Below, piece by piece: positions 12,601-25,300 of a stretch of 64,000 bases of DNA. Below the pieces are notes generated by a model. It did not search any database. It was not told where the DNA came from and saw only the letters and a program-made list of their open reading frames with translations. Source of the DNA: Azolla caroliniana (Eukaryota; Plantae; Polypodiophyta); assembly GCA_043228905.1 (NCBI GenBank), contig JBHGNT010000018.1, positions 11,346,001-11,410,000 on the forward strand, given 5' to 3'. Position numbers and translations under genes: made by a program. Each line of letters begins with the position of its first letter. Within the stretch, counting starts at the first letter, position 1.

Positions 12601-14170
12601 CATGTTGAACTAGCCTCTTTTATAATGATTTCATGACTTACTACAATAATGAAATCATCCACACAAATCACAACGATAATGATTCCAGTGTACTAACTAA
12701 CATATACACAAACTTCGATATTTCAAATCCATGCATAATAAAGCACTTGATGTCAATTGTTGGTAATACACACAATGCTTTCTTCAATTTATATGCACAA
12801 CCTAAGAATTTTGGATATTGCATATAAACTTCCCTGCATGAATGCTCATGTACATATTGTTCTCACCTACTCGTGCATTAGTAGCAAACGCCTCTTTGAT
12901 GAGCTCATATGGCCAAATGAGCATACCATCTATAAGATATGTTCTCTATCAAAGTTTTGTTAACTCATACAATACAATATGTACTTGTATGATGTGTGAT
13001 GTGTGACAATAAGATGTGCTTATTGTACTCGTAGACTTATACCATACAATACAAAAAATACAAAAAATCTAATCAATAATTTTAAGAATCAAAATATGTA
13101 TCCCCAACATTAAGATTCAATAGACCAAATTAACCTCCAATTTAAAAAGTGCATGAAATTTTTAAAATTTTCAAAATCTTCCTAGAGTATCCTAAAATTC
13201 CTCTCGCATCACCAGTGCATATTAATAGTTCATCCAATCAACAAATCAAACATAATAACCTCATCACAATCATACTCCTTGATATTTGTGGGTGACCAAA
13301 AAATAAAACTAACAATAATTTCCAGGATCTCTTTGACTGCTATTTGAAGTTCTAGGGTGCCCAGTTTACACTTTTGAGTATCTTTCAATTCAATTTGCAT
13401 TTGTCTACATTGACCTATCTCACCTCCTTCATGCTTTCTATGTGCATATTAGAGAAACATATACTAATCACTATAATTTCTTAGTCCTTATCCTATTGCA
13501 AATTTTTGTAGAAATAAAAGAAAATGCATTCCAAAGTGGTGGAGTGGCAATCTTCAAAGACAACATATTCAAAAAAAGAGAAAACAGAGAAAATAGAGAG
13601 AAAGAGAAAAAAAAAAAGACAAAATACATACTTCAAAGTGGTGGAGTGGCAAACAACAGATGTCGTGCAATCAACGAGAAGCGACAAAGAGCAATGAGTA
13701 ATAAGTTAGCAAGGAGCAATGGGCGATGGGCAACAACCAAGTAACAAGGAGCAACGACGAAGGAAAGTATCGACAACGTACGAAGAAGGAAAGCAAGAAA
13801 AGAGTAAGAGGGGGAAATGAAAGACATAAATTTTTTCATATACTATATAAATAGCCGGCTCAAGCTCATATTTTAAATATGAACCAGCTAGATTCCGACT
13901 GGTTGAAAATCTTGGCCAGAATTGATTCCGGCTATGCCTAAAGGTTGCCGACAAAAGTCCCAATTCAACCGGAACGTTGACATAGTTCTTGGGACTTTGC
14001 CCAACACTATTTATGAGTCAACCTAGGCAAAACGATTGTGATTTTGATACAACTAGAGATGTAGATACAAGAAAATCTACTTATGGTTGCATCTATATTG
14101 TTGCAAGGGGAGCTATTTCATGGTGTTCACAATTGCAACAAATTGTTGCATTCTCTACTACAAAAGATGA
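9666..14170 (+). mobile_element. Heavily decayed Ty1/copia relic (protease to RNase H), split by a hAT-type element
   Basis: KVYLGNNHAC (protease region) near 9715. MDVKMVFLHG near 10276. ILVFYVDD near 10525. GTLMYAMVPTRP near 10718. After 14009 the frame resumes FMSQP...TRKSTYG...[10 protein letters not shown]. Confidence 0.85.
10796..14009 (-). mobile_element. hAT-type DNA transposon (3214 bp), no intact transposase
   Basis: 19-bp TIRs CAATGTTGGGCAAAGTCTC / GGGACTTTGCCCAACACTA (16/19). 8-bp TSD ATTATGAG (10788-10795) / TTTATGAG (14010-14017). It interrupts the Copia RT 'SRFMS' motif. Strand is guessed from a TATA and CT-rich leader near 13770-13855. Confidence 0.8.
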
Positions 14171-14277
14171 GTATATACATAGAATGTAATATTCGTGTTC
14201 GTGGTAGCATTCAAACATTTGAATACATTTGGAAACGAACACGTTGGAAAAGGGAAAAATACATGTTCCTTTTTTTT

Positions 14278-14280
<3 letters not shown>

Positions 14281-14316
<36 letters not shown>
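14281..14316 (+). repeat. (CT)n microsatellite
   Basis: About 18 TC units. Confidence 0.9.
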
Positions 14317-14319
<3 letters not shown>

Positions 14320-15658
14320 CTCATGAATCTTCTTCTACTACTCATGATCAGAACGCCACCCATCCGCCATATCTTGGTGACCATGATTTCTCCAACCATT
14401 CTGTCGTGTCTTTGGGTATGGCTATGGTGTTCTTCTTTACAACGATTATGCCGCCAGGCCATGGATGCAATGCTCCATGGCTTCATGGCTTCTGCTACAT
14501 CTCAGCCTCAGTATAATTTATGGGGAGCGATGGGCAATAGGTGTGGCACATGATCGTGGAGAGGATGAGGGAGGAGATCCTTAGAGCTAGGGACATGCTC
14601 AAAGCCAACATTAATCTCAAGAACACCGTGATGATGAGCAAGAAGAACAGAAACTTGATCCACCATATCGACGAGAATCAGATGAATCATAGTCATGGTG
14701 ATTCTCATAATCAAATGAATCATAGTCATGGACCATAGTGATCCTCAAAAATAGAATTAGAATCAGAGTCATCACGATGATGATGGCGATGATCACAAGA
14801 ATATGAAGAATCTGAGGAGGACGAAGAGAAGGAAGGTGAATGGTCCTAGGAATACTGCCATAGAAGTTGAAGCTTTAGCTCATAACACTTTCCACTCTCT
14901 TGCTCTTACTACACAAGGACTAAACGTATTAATATTGATACCCCTCAGAATCTAATAGATTGTTTTAAAAAGTAGTACCTCCCATACATATTTAGTTACG
15001 CACTTCCTCTCTGGATGCTGGCTTTATGGTTGAGACCGTACCATGAAATTCAGAAAATTGAGAGAACTGGTTTCCAGTTCCATTCAGATGTCACAAACTT
15101 GTTTTAGTATATGTTTAGAAGCTCACATGTTATAGTTTTTCTTCAGAATCTAGTTTCAAAGATGACAGGAATTTTGAAAAGTGAGTACTTACAGAACAAA
15201 AAACAAAATTCAGACCTCACAATGCACGACGCCTCTTTCTGCAAATAAAAACGGGATTCAATTGACAAAAACAAGCAAAGCATGATGAATTGGGGTAACC
15301 ACTGAAAAGGCCATAGCCAGTGTACCCCCTTTACTACTGCAAATCAGAAACTCCTTAGACCTGTTTTCCTTTATCTTTTTTTCCAGGGGTGGGGTTTGGG
15401 GGAAGGGTCAAGGGCGGTATAGATGGATGTCCAAGGAAATGGTGAGCTCATAATTTGTCAGGTCACTGTAAGATGATAAACCAATGCACACATGCTTTTT
15501 ACATTCATGTATGGTGATTTGACGAACCTCCACTTTTAAGAGTTTTATTTTGTTTGGGGATTTCGTCTTCCAGAAATTTGAATCTGGTTTTCCATACCTA
15601 AGGAACCACCTGCTATGGTACAATGTCAATACGAGTTCATATGTTCTCGACTCCTGCA

Positions 15659-15760
15659 TTATGTACGTTCATATGTCAAAGAAGCAGTTCTCTTGGACAA
15701 AACCTTCTCCAGCTCGTTGTAAAGATCCAATTGCTGCTCCATACTTAATGTTTGCAAAAT
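15659..15760 (-). CDS. CDS1: CDS gene exon 11 (last coding exon)
   Basis: [33 protein letters not shown] then TAA. CACAG acceptor. Confidence 0.9.
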   Translation of the reverse strand: MLQTLSMEQQLDLYNELEKVLSKRTASLTYERT

Positions 15761-18700
15761 CTGTGAAACAAATACCAGATATTAATAGCATGAAACTCAA
15801 ATTCTCAGTATTTAAACTCAGTTACGACCATCATCCTTCAATACTTGCTCACTTGTTCCATTACATCAGCAACAGTGATATTGAGAGGGGCAATAAATGA
15901 CTGGTAGTATATGTATGAAAAGACAGCCATCACCATCTGTCAAAACATAAATTAACTTGGAATATATTACTTTAATTGTATCATGATACATTGAATGACA
16001 TCGATCATAATAAGTAGCAAAGCTCACCTGACAGTCCATACGATCAGTAATCCCTCCATGTCCAGGTATGCTATCCCCGAAGTCCTGGCAATTGACCACA
16101 TTCCAGTTCAGCATTACATCCCAACATGAATTTAGGTATATACATTAGCAAACCTTAATTTTGAAAGCCCGCTTAAAGCCACTGGCAAAAAAGCCTCCAA
16201 ATGGAGCAATTATAGATGCAAATAGTCCATATGCAAGGGCATGTAATTGTATTGGTAAAGTAGTCCACTCCTGCCATGGGAACTGCAGGCAAAAAACAAC
16301 TAAATAGATAAATATTCAAAACCTGTATTAATAACCATCAGAACAAGCATATTTGATGGAAAACTATAGTTAAAGAGTGCATGAGTTCCCTCTGCTGTTA
16401 AGAATCATTTTCAACAGCTTTTTGTGTACAATATGTCTATCTATTGCCTTATTTATTTTCCTATTTTTCATTTCAATGACTTTTGATGTGTAGTAGGCAC
16501 TTTCATTTTCACATTCTTTCCAGATGAATGACCCTGGTTTTCCCCCTACTGAGAACAGTCATGAGTCCGTCTCGTTGTCTGCAGTATTTCTTTCACCAAT
16601 CTCATCATCAACATTTATGTGTTTGTAGTTCATCATAGATTCTTTGAAAATCACACCTCAGAGATGTGTTCCTTTGATTTGCCACTGGATTTAACACGCA
16701 ATACAAGACTGAAATTCAAAGGTTGTTTTGGATATCCAAGAGTTCTAACAAAATTTCTAAGATATTTTTAACTCATTAATTGCTAAGGTCATGCAAATGT
16801 GGAGTTTCTTTTCTTGGGGCAGTTGTGGAGGGGTATAGCATTGGTTCTACAGTTGAATAGAACTTATCATACATTGCATACGCAATCCCTTACAAAGTCT
16901 TGGAAATAATGGAAGCGTTGACACTGGTCTTGGTGGCAAGAATGTCAAATGAGTCGGGTAAAGCGATAATAAATGAATTGTTGATGGAAAGAGACCTATG
17001 GAACACTCGATAAGATCAAGCAAAAAGATATCCAAACACGCCATCACGTCAATTGGCAGGAAATGTGATAACCCGAAACAGGCTTGAAGAGGGAAAACTG
17101 TCCACAGAGTACATGTATGCTTAATCCTTAGCATGGTACAATAATTATTGATTTGCATAATCCTTTCATGCCACAAACAATTTTGTGTACAAAGGCTCAC
17201 TATTGACAACGAGTATTTGGATAGAAAGAAAGAAAGATATATTAACGTCTTTTAAGAGGCCAAAATGGCCTATAAGACCGAATAAGAGATTACATCTTAA
17301 ATGTTTTCTCGTCTTTGAGAACAAATCAAAATAAAGTAAATATTACACAGTAAATATAAAAGTAAATAAGATGAAAAGAAAAGAGACGAGAGAATCTGGT
17401 TTTTGGCCCATGCAAGATTCTCAAGTTAGGTGTATTGTAGCTTTTGTCTCCGAAAGATCTCTATCATAGGTCGATCCAGAATGGAAATGTCTCCGAAGCG
17501 AGGGAAGCACCTACGATGGCGGGAGATAATGGCTTTTATTTGTCGATGACAAGGGTGTCGAGGTCGTGGTCCATGGGGCCGGGGCCTACGTGCACGGCAA
17601 ATTGCCATTGCCTGATCAATCGTAACCCCTTTGTTATATCCTGGTCTGGATCCCATTTCTGTATCTTGGGGTTGACTTCTAGCATTAGGAGTGATCGAGC
17701 TAAAGAAAGTTGTGATTGTTCTTTGTGGATGAGCTTGTGTGGCTGTATTCTTCAACAACTTTTCCCGATGTCTCTTGAGCTCGAGCAAGAAAAGTCCTAG
17801 GCATCTTTGGTCCTCATATTCCATTACCTTGCGTAGTGGGCCAAAGCCTTGTTTAAAGAGGCAATGGTATCTCCCTCTGATTTCATAAAAGACACTACAA
17901 TGACAAACATAGTGTTATTTAGATTCCACTCCTTGATGACACAATTGGTAAATTCTCTCTTCTAGAAGTAGTCGTGTATATCTGCCCACCTCAATCTGTA
18001 GCTGATGTGATGAGGTTCGCAGCTGCCCTATCACACTACGCAGCGCATAGGATAGATGTATGTCCATATAAGGTGGCCTTATGACAAATCCATCCTCCGA
18101 TGTATGTAAGAAGTGTGTCTTTGGGCCATCTTTGTACCAAGTGGTATTTTGGGGCTGATCCATGTTATCTTGTTTTCTAAGTTAATAATATCAGTTCGGA
18201 TCACTCTATTCTTTTCCACTTTGGTCATATTGAGATGGGGACAGTCCAAGCTATATTGGAACAGGGGTAGTGCATTTATACTCATGCCATGTGACTCGAA
18301 CCATTGCTGCATTTCAGCATACCAACAGTGAGTGTCTGCATTTTCAGCCAATTGTCTTGATGACATAATTGCCAACCTTGGGTACCTTCGTTTAGGGAGC
18401 TCCCAAAGACGTTGGATAAATGTCACTGATCGGAACAATGCCTCGGTTATTATAGGTGCTGCTCCCATCTCTGCCCGGATTATATCGTGTGGCACTGATG
18501 CTTTGCTCCTTATCATGCGAGCAATCATTGACACTAAAGGTCTCTCTAAATCTTTCCAATGATTTGCCTTGTTAAGACTCGGTTCCCATGTCTCTACTCC
18601 ATAGAGAAGGGTTGGTGTGACAAGTGTATCAAATAACCACAGCTTAGTCCGTGGCTCTTGGAACTGCAAATGTGCACATTGTCTTTCGAGAGCACCCAGG

Positions 18701-21700
18701 GCTCCTGTAAGGAGAACCTAGGTCCTGTAAATGTTACTCCTAGGTATGTGTAGGAGCGTGTGTATTCCACCTTTTCCTCTCCCAAGAAGAATTCTGGTTC
18801 TGATCTTGTTACCCATGCTTGGGTGGTGTTAAACACCATCACTTTAGTTTTATTCATGTTGATTGATAAACCTTTGTCCGTACAAAATAGTTTTAAGGCA
18901 TTTAGATGTCTTTGTAGTCCCTCCGGAGAGTCAGAGATCAGCACAATATCATCAGCATATAGTAATATCTGTATAGCTATACCTGCTAGGTGTGCTCCGG
19001 AACCACCAAATCTCTCTATGTACTGTGATACCTCATCTATATAGAGACCGAAGAGTGTGGGGGATAGTGGGCATATCCTTGCTTCACACCAATTGTGCTG
19101 GCCACCGCCTCTGACAAGCCCTTAGGAGACCGAACTTTTCCTGAAACAGATTCATAGAGTGCATAGATTCCCCATTGCATATCTATAGGAACACCAATGG
19201 CCTCTAGCCGCTGCATAAGCCGAGCACGTGGCACAGTGTCAAAGGCTTTTCGAAAATAACAAAGCAGCAATAAATCCTCTTATTGTGGGCTCTGCCCTCC
19301 TCAATAAGGGCCCGGAGGGTGAATATGTGATCCAAAGTTGTGAAACCCTTCCGAAAGCCTGCCTGTCCAATTGAACGGCAGCCATTTTGCTCTGCCCATA
19401 TACTCAATTCTGATTCCAGAATCGAGCCATATAGTTTAGCCAAGTAATGGCCAATCATGATTGTCCTATAGTTGCTTGGCATCATGGGGTCTCCACTCTT
19501 AAGGATTGGCACAATGGTATGCTGAGTCCATCTAGTAGGAAAACCTTCGCACATGGCTCTATTAAAGATGTGTGCTAGCAATGGGAGCAAGGTGTCACGG
19601 GCATAGATAAAGTGTTCACCCACCAAGCCATCATGATCTTGGGCCTTCCCGAATTGTAGCCTATCAATGGCATTTCTTACATTTTGTGGTGTAAAGAAGG
19701 TTGATTCATGTGGGCGTGAGGCATTCGGGTGGGGAAGAGGAGGTTGCCCCGGGGTATCATATAGGACCTTTGCATATTCGTGCCACACCTGAGGTGAGGT
19801 CAGTTGTGTGGTGGGTTGCCTCTCATTAAACATTTTCCATGCTCTTTTACTCTCTCGTCCTAGAAACAAGCGATACAAATGATCTTCAAATTTAGCCAAA
19901 TACAATCTCTTCTTCCTCCTTACAAGACGTTGGAAGGTTGCTCTCGCTTGGTTGTATGTATAAATGCCCCGAGTTATATCACGTTGCAAGCATCTCCTTG
20001 TATCACGACATTCATCATCATACCAACTATTTTGTATTACTCTACCGAGTTTGGGGGGGTTAGCCGTTGTGTGAGGGAAGGCTTTTGTGGCTGCTTTATG
20101 CAATGATTTGGATAAACCTTGGGTAAGTTCTTCAACGGGTGCGAAAGGATCCAAATCTAGCATGCCATTGTATACACCACAACTATAGACATCAATTGTC
20201 TCGCGAGTGAATAGATACCTAGCCAGCCCACTCTCCTTAGCATATACATCCTTTGTGCATCCATCCTTTACCTCAAAGCGTAGATATGCATGATCAGCTG
20301 CCAAGCCAATAGGTCTTCCCGATATAGTGAACACTTTTATTTCAGGTATAAGAGATGGAGATCCCATTAGATAATCGACTGTGCTTGAGCCCCCTTTTGG
20401 GTTCCAACATGTCAAAGCATCTGATCCAGGCCATTGTGACAAGCCATTATATATCACAAGTCCATGCGCGCTTCCCAAGGCTAGAAAGTGTTTTCCATAT
20501 TCAGTTATAGCACTCATATCTTGAGCTTTTCTCTTTAGACCAACCTCTTCCACCATAACTTCTCCATAGACAGCCTCGTCGGTGTTAAATATAGTTGTTT
20601 GTTCATCCTTGGTTCGTGCATTAAAATCTCCTAATAGTATTATATCCCCCATAGTAGCAAATCTTATGATATCATCATATAGTGGTAGATATGGTGATTC
20701 ACCTAGAGGTGCAAACCTTGAATAGGTAGGTGGAAAGTAGCAAATTGCAATATATAGCTCCCTAAGATCCCCTCTTTTTATGCATATCCACATGTAGCGT
20801 GCATCCACATCCTTATGTACAACATGCACTCTACCATGGAGCTCCTCTTTGTATAGCATAGCCACTCCTCCCGAACCTCTAGTGCTTCCTTGTGTCCGAG
20901 GTTGGGGGCAACATATTGACTCCCATTTGTATCCTTGGACCTCGGGGAGTTTGCTAGCCATATATTGGTGAGTCTCTGTATACATAGCAATATCTGTGTT
21001 TTTCAATGTATCTTCAAAATATCCGACATCTGTCCGTAGAGAGCCGTTGCAATTCCATATGGTCATGCGTAGGGTCTCATAGGCCATATATCGTCATGCG
21101 GTTCTCTTCTCTGTAATAATGACCTTGCCGTCTCTATATACGGCCCATTTACCTTCCTTTCTTGCATCAAGCACTCGTGGCATGTTTTCTTTGCGGTGTG
21201 CCACTTGGGCTGGAGTGAGATCGTCATCTAAGTATATCTTTTCACCCTTGAGTGCCTTTCGTTTAGAGAGGAAAGCTTTTTTCTTGTCAATATCCATGAA
21301 GCGGATGATAAGGGCTTTAGCTCTAGACTCATCTCTTCCCACTCTCCACGCCGAAGCAAATGGAATATCCGATGCTCCAATCTCTGTTGCGAGATTCTTG
21401 GCATCTTCTTGTGGACTTCCCTTTTCGGCCCAACCAACCACTCGTACATGCAACGCACGAGCTTTCCTCTTGGCTTCTTCTTCTAAAGTAGCATTCATCA
21501 TTGCCATCCTATCCATGGATGTTCCTTTTTGCTTTTTTACTACCTCTATCCAAGGAGCATTTGCTTTAATTTCGTTTTGGGCGTGCTCGGCTTGAGCTTT
21601 GGCATCTTTGGCGATGTCTGCCCATGTTTGCATTTCCTTCGTGACATTGGCTTTCACTGTAGAGATGCATCTTTCCACTGCTTCTTGTCCTTTTTCGAAA

Positions 21701-22349
21701 TCCACTTTTATAGCTCTTAACTCAACCTTACTTGAGGATATTTTATCCTTAAGGTATTGTGTCATGTCATCCTTGAGCTCTAAGTGTGATTTCTCCACAT
21801 GGCTTATAATGTCTTTCCGCATCTCTTCTAATAACTCAGCCTTGATAGAGGCGTACAATTCTGATTTCTGTTTCTCTATCTCCTTTTTCATTTCTTCCTT
21901 TAGTGCTATTTCGATATCTTCTCTAATACGGTTGATCTCTTGCGCAATCAAATGGCATAAAAGATCACGTTTCCCATTTTCGACATCGAATGGAATGTCG
22001 GATGGGCCTGCGTTCTAGGTTCCTTATGCGCCCTTCTGACGCTATTCAGGTCCCGTCCTTTTCGTCTATGATATCTTCTTGTGGTCTTCAATAGATCTAG
22101 ACCCTCGTCATGCATGTTAAGATCCATCTTTTCAGTGTCTGTCCCTTCAGACTCCATGGTGTGTTGAGGGCAGAAAGAATAGAAGTTACTACGGGGCAGA
22201 AAGAATACAGGAACAGAGTTGGCAGAAGATACAGGAAATCAGATTAGGAAGAGAACGCACAGGATCAGGCATTGCAGAAAACACAGAGGACAGACATTTC
22301 AGAAAAGACAGACAGAGCCAAAACCCTAAACGCAGAGCATAAACCCTAC

Positions 22350-22394
<45 letters not shown>

Positions 22395-25300
22395 AGGTGA
22401 GCAAATGAAGGAGAATAATAACAGTAAAGGTAGTTGTGACCAACTTTGTCTATTTTCAATCCCTAATAGACTTCAAATCTGACTATAAAGAGGCAAAAAG
22501 AGTTCTTAATATAAAAGAATGGTAGGTTAGTGCACAGATGTCCCTCTCATATGCTCTGTTGTGTAATAAGGCAGCTACGGAATTCTTCAAATCAGTCAAA
22601 GGTAGGAGCGAAAAAGGCTTGGGTTCAGTCCGTAATGTAACAGAATATAAAGAACAACCCCTAGGCCTGCTCTTGCCAGAGACAAGAGACAGAAAATGAG
22701 TACACCAATACATCCAGAAAACCTCATCAACCACCACCTCTGAAAAGAGGTTGCAACAGATCAGGAAATGGCAATTTGGCATGCAGTAAGGCTAGGTTCA
22801 AACCCCTCTAATACTCTTGGTAGTCTAAAATGGCACCTAAAGAACTCTGCAAACCAGTTAGAGGTTGAAACAGGCAGCTATGCTAACAATGCTTGGTCCA
22901 GTCAGCAATTTAATGGAATATAATTGTACAAAACTACATCATCAACAACCATTCATTCAAAGGAGGTTCTAGTAGATGTGAGAAAAGCTGTTAATAGCAG
23001 TAGCAGAACAGTTGTAAGAAAAAATAGACACAGCCAAGCTGTGAGCAGGATGTTACACAGCAGTAACAAAATAGTTGTAAAGAGTAAAGACACAGCCAAA
23101 GAGCAGAGCCTGTTTGCAAGTAGCAGCAAAAATAAAGTTCTTACAAAAGAGGCTGGTATAGCCTATTTATAAAAAATTGGGGAACATGGGTGAAGTGGTT
23201 GTTTGGTAGTCAAGTGACTCTTGTAATACCAAATCTTAGACTGTTTGATTCTTTCTTTCTACCACACCATTTTGTTGAGGTGTATTGGGTATAGAAAATT
23301 GTCGAGGTAGTTGAGGTTTATAAGATCAGCGATTATTTCTTGAGCTCCCTTGATATAACTCCAGTACCCCTGCCTGACTAGGTATTGGTGCATCTTCTAT
23401 GCATAGTTATCCCTTACGAAAGAGGCTGGCATAGTCTATTTATCCAAAATTGGAGAACGTGGGTGAAATGGTTGTTTGGTAGTTCAATGACTCTTATACT
23501 ACCAAACAGGTACAATAATTGAGGAATGAGAGGGAGTATCTTGGAAAAGTGGAAGAGAGAGAAGGCATTTAAATAAAGCGTTGCAGATCTAGAGAGAGAA
23601 GGCATTTAAAGAGTTGCAGATGCTAGAGAGAGAATAATCTAGGAGGAGAGATAATAAACATGAAAGAGAGTGTACGTCTGGAGCTGCAACCCTTCAACAA
23701 GAACAACAAACCAAAACAAAATAAATGTTACTATGTAAACATAAAAGTAAATAAGGTAAAATGACACTAAAGAATCTTGGTATCGGCACATGTGACATTT
23801 ACATCTCAAAAGAAGATAATGACCTAAGCGAACTCACAAATATCACAACTGGTTATGTCAACCCATCAATGCTAGTAACAAATGAAAAATATCTTTCTAA
23901 TCTTGCTTCATAGAAATAAAGGCTTAATTATATCAGTCACCAATAGGATTTGAACATGATTTGGTGCCAGTTACTATAACTGAAATTGCTATCCTCTGAT
24001 AATACTCAATATGGATAGGCCGGTTGCGTGTAGAGTCTGACTCTTTGAGGCCATGTGATGATGGCTTTGATCTTATGAAGATATGTACACTGGAGATGGT
24101 CCAGGCTAGTCTCAGAGTTGTTCATGACAAAATCTGTGTCTCTACCTGTCATCACTCTGAGTCATAAGCTCATTTTACCAAGATGTTTGATTGTACAACA
24201 AAGTCTTCTTCATGTCCTTGATCAATAAGAGATGCACCACTTCCAACTAGAAAAAAGTGATCTTTTTTAAATAGGACACCTAAATTTCGTTTAGGGCAGA
24301 ATATGTATGTACGCAAACAGTCCAGTTTTATGTGAGAGACTAGTTAGGATACCTTCAGCATTTAGTGAAGAACCTAGTTAGTCACGGTTATTTTATCCAA
24401 GAAAGGAACCAATTCTGATATAGGCATGCGGGATCATGCAAAAGAGTTAATTAGGAACTCACCCAAGAAGGCACCCAACCATGTAAACTATAATGAGTTG
24501 GCTTGAAAAGAGCACCAGGATCACAGTGTAGAGGGACTGTTGATAAATCCTGCAACAATAATAACAATCAAGATGCTTTTCCAAATTTCTTACATGTGAA
24601 CTCCAATTAGATGGTCACATCAGAAATGTAGTAATAAAGACATTCTGGAAGTACAAAACCCATTGTTTTTGCTTTAGAGAATAACGTACTGTATAACTAT
24701 AAGTTATACTCGGACTATTTTCAAGATATTGGCATGCATACCTTCCTAGGACAAGTAAGCCATTGAAACTGACCCATATAATATGATAGCTGTAGAAAAT
24801 ATTAACAGTTAGAAATATCGGAACAGAATATTCTTTGAGAGATCATCTTCAAATTAAGTACTGAGAGAGTAGCAGAATTATGGGGAGAAAAGAATTAACC
24901 CACCACTACTGCAGAAAACATGGTTACCATCGATGCACCAATAAAACCTTCCCAGGTCTTCTTGGGCGACAGTTTGATAAGTGGAGTACGACCAAAAAAA
25001 AATCCACAGATATATGCTGCAATATCATTGATGACAATCAACGATGCTGGCAATAGAAACCTACAAAATTTTAACGTTTCATAAGAATGATTCCTCACTT
25101 GAAACATTATGGAGATAACCTTGCTATATAGAGTTATCACGTTTGACTTGAATCCTAAGCAGCAGCTAAAAGAAAAGATCTGACATATTTCCAATGCAAA
25201 CAGAGTCAGCCCAAACTTGTTGAACATACATAAATATTGACGTGAAAATGGTCTCCTTGCGTTTAGAGAGAGGTAGGTTAGTTGACAACACATTTTCATT

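Larger units (their letters stand above)
17222..22390 (-). mobile_element. Near full-length non-LTR retrotransposon (RTEX-like LINE) in intron 7, same strand as the host gene
   Basis: ORF1 21094-21951 (coiled coil, then IYLDDDLT C-terminal domain). ORF2 from 21087 with APE (IWNCNG, LGDFNA, VDY, ADH) and RT (QAGFR, KAFD, GVKQG, YADD, YTYLG), then [16 protein letters not shown] plus a Cys/His tail. (CTTT)n 3' tail near 17222-17236. The 5' end is approximate. Confidence 0.9.

Noticed and set aside
17426-17824. 132-aa ORF as a third LINE gene
   Set aside because: It is the frameshifted ORF2 tail running into the 3' UTR, and it is disrupted in the other copies.
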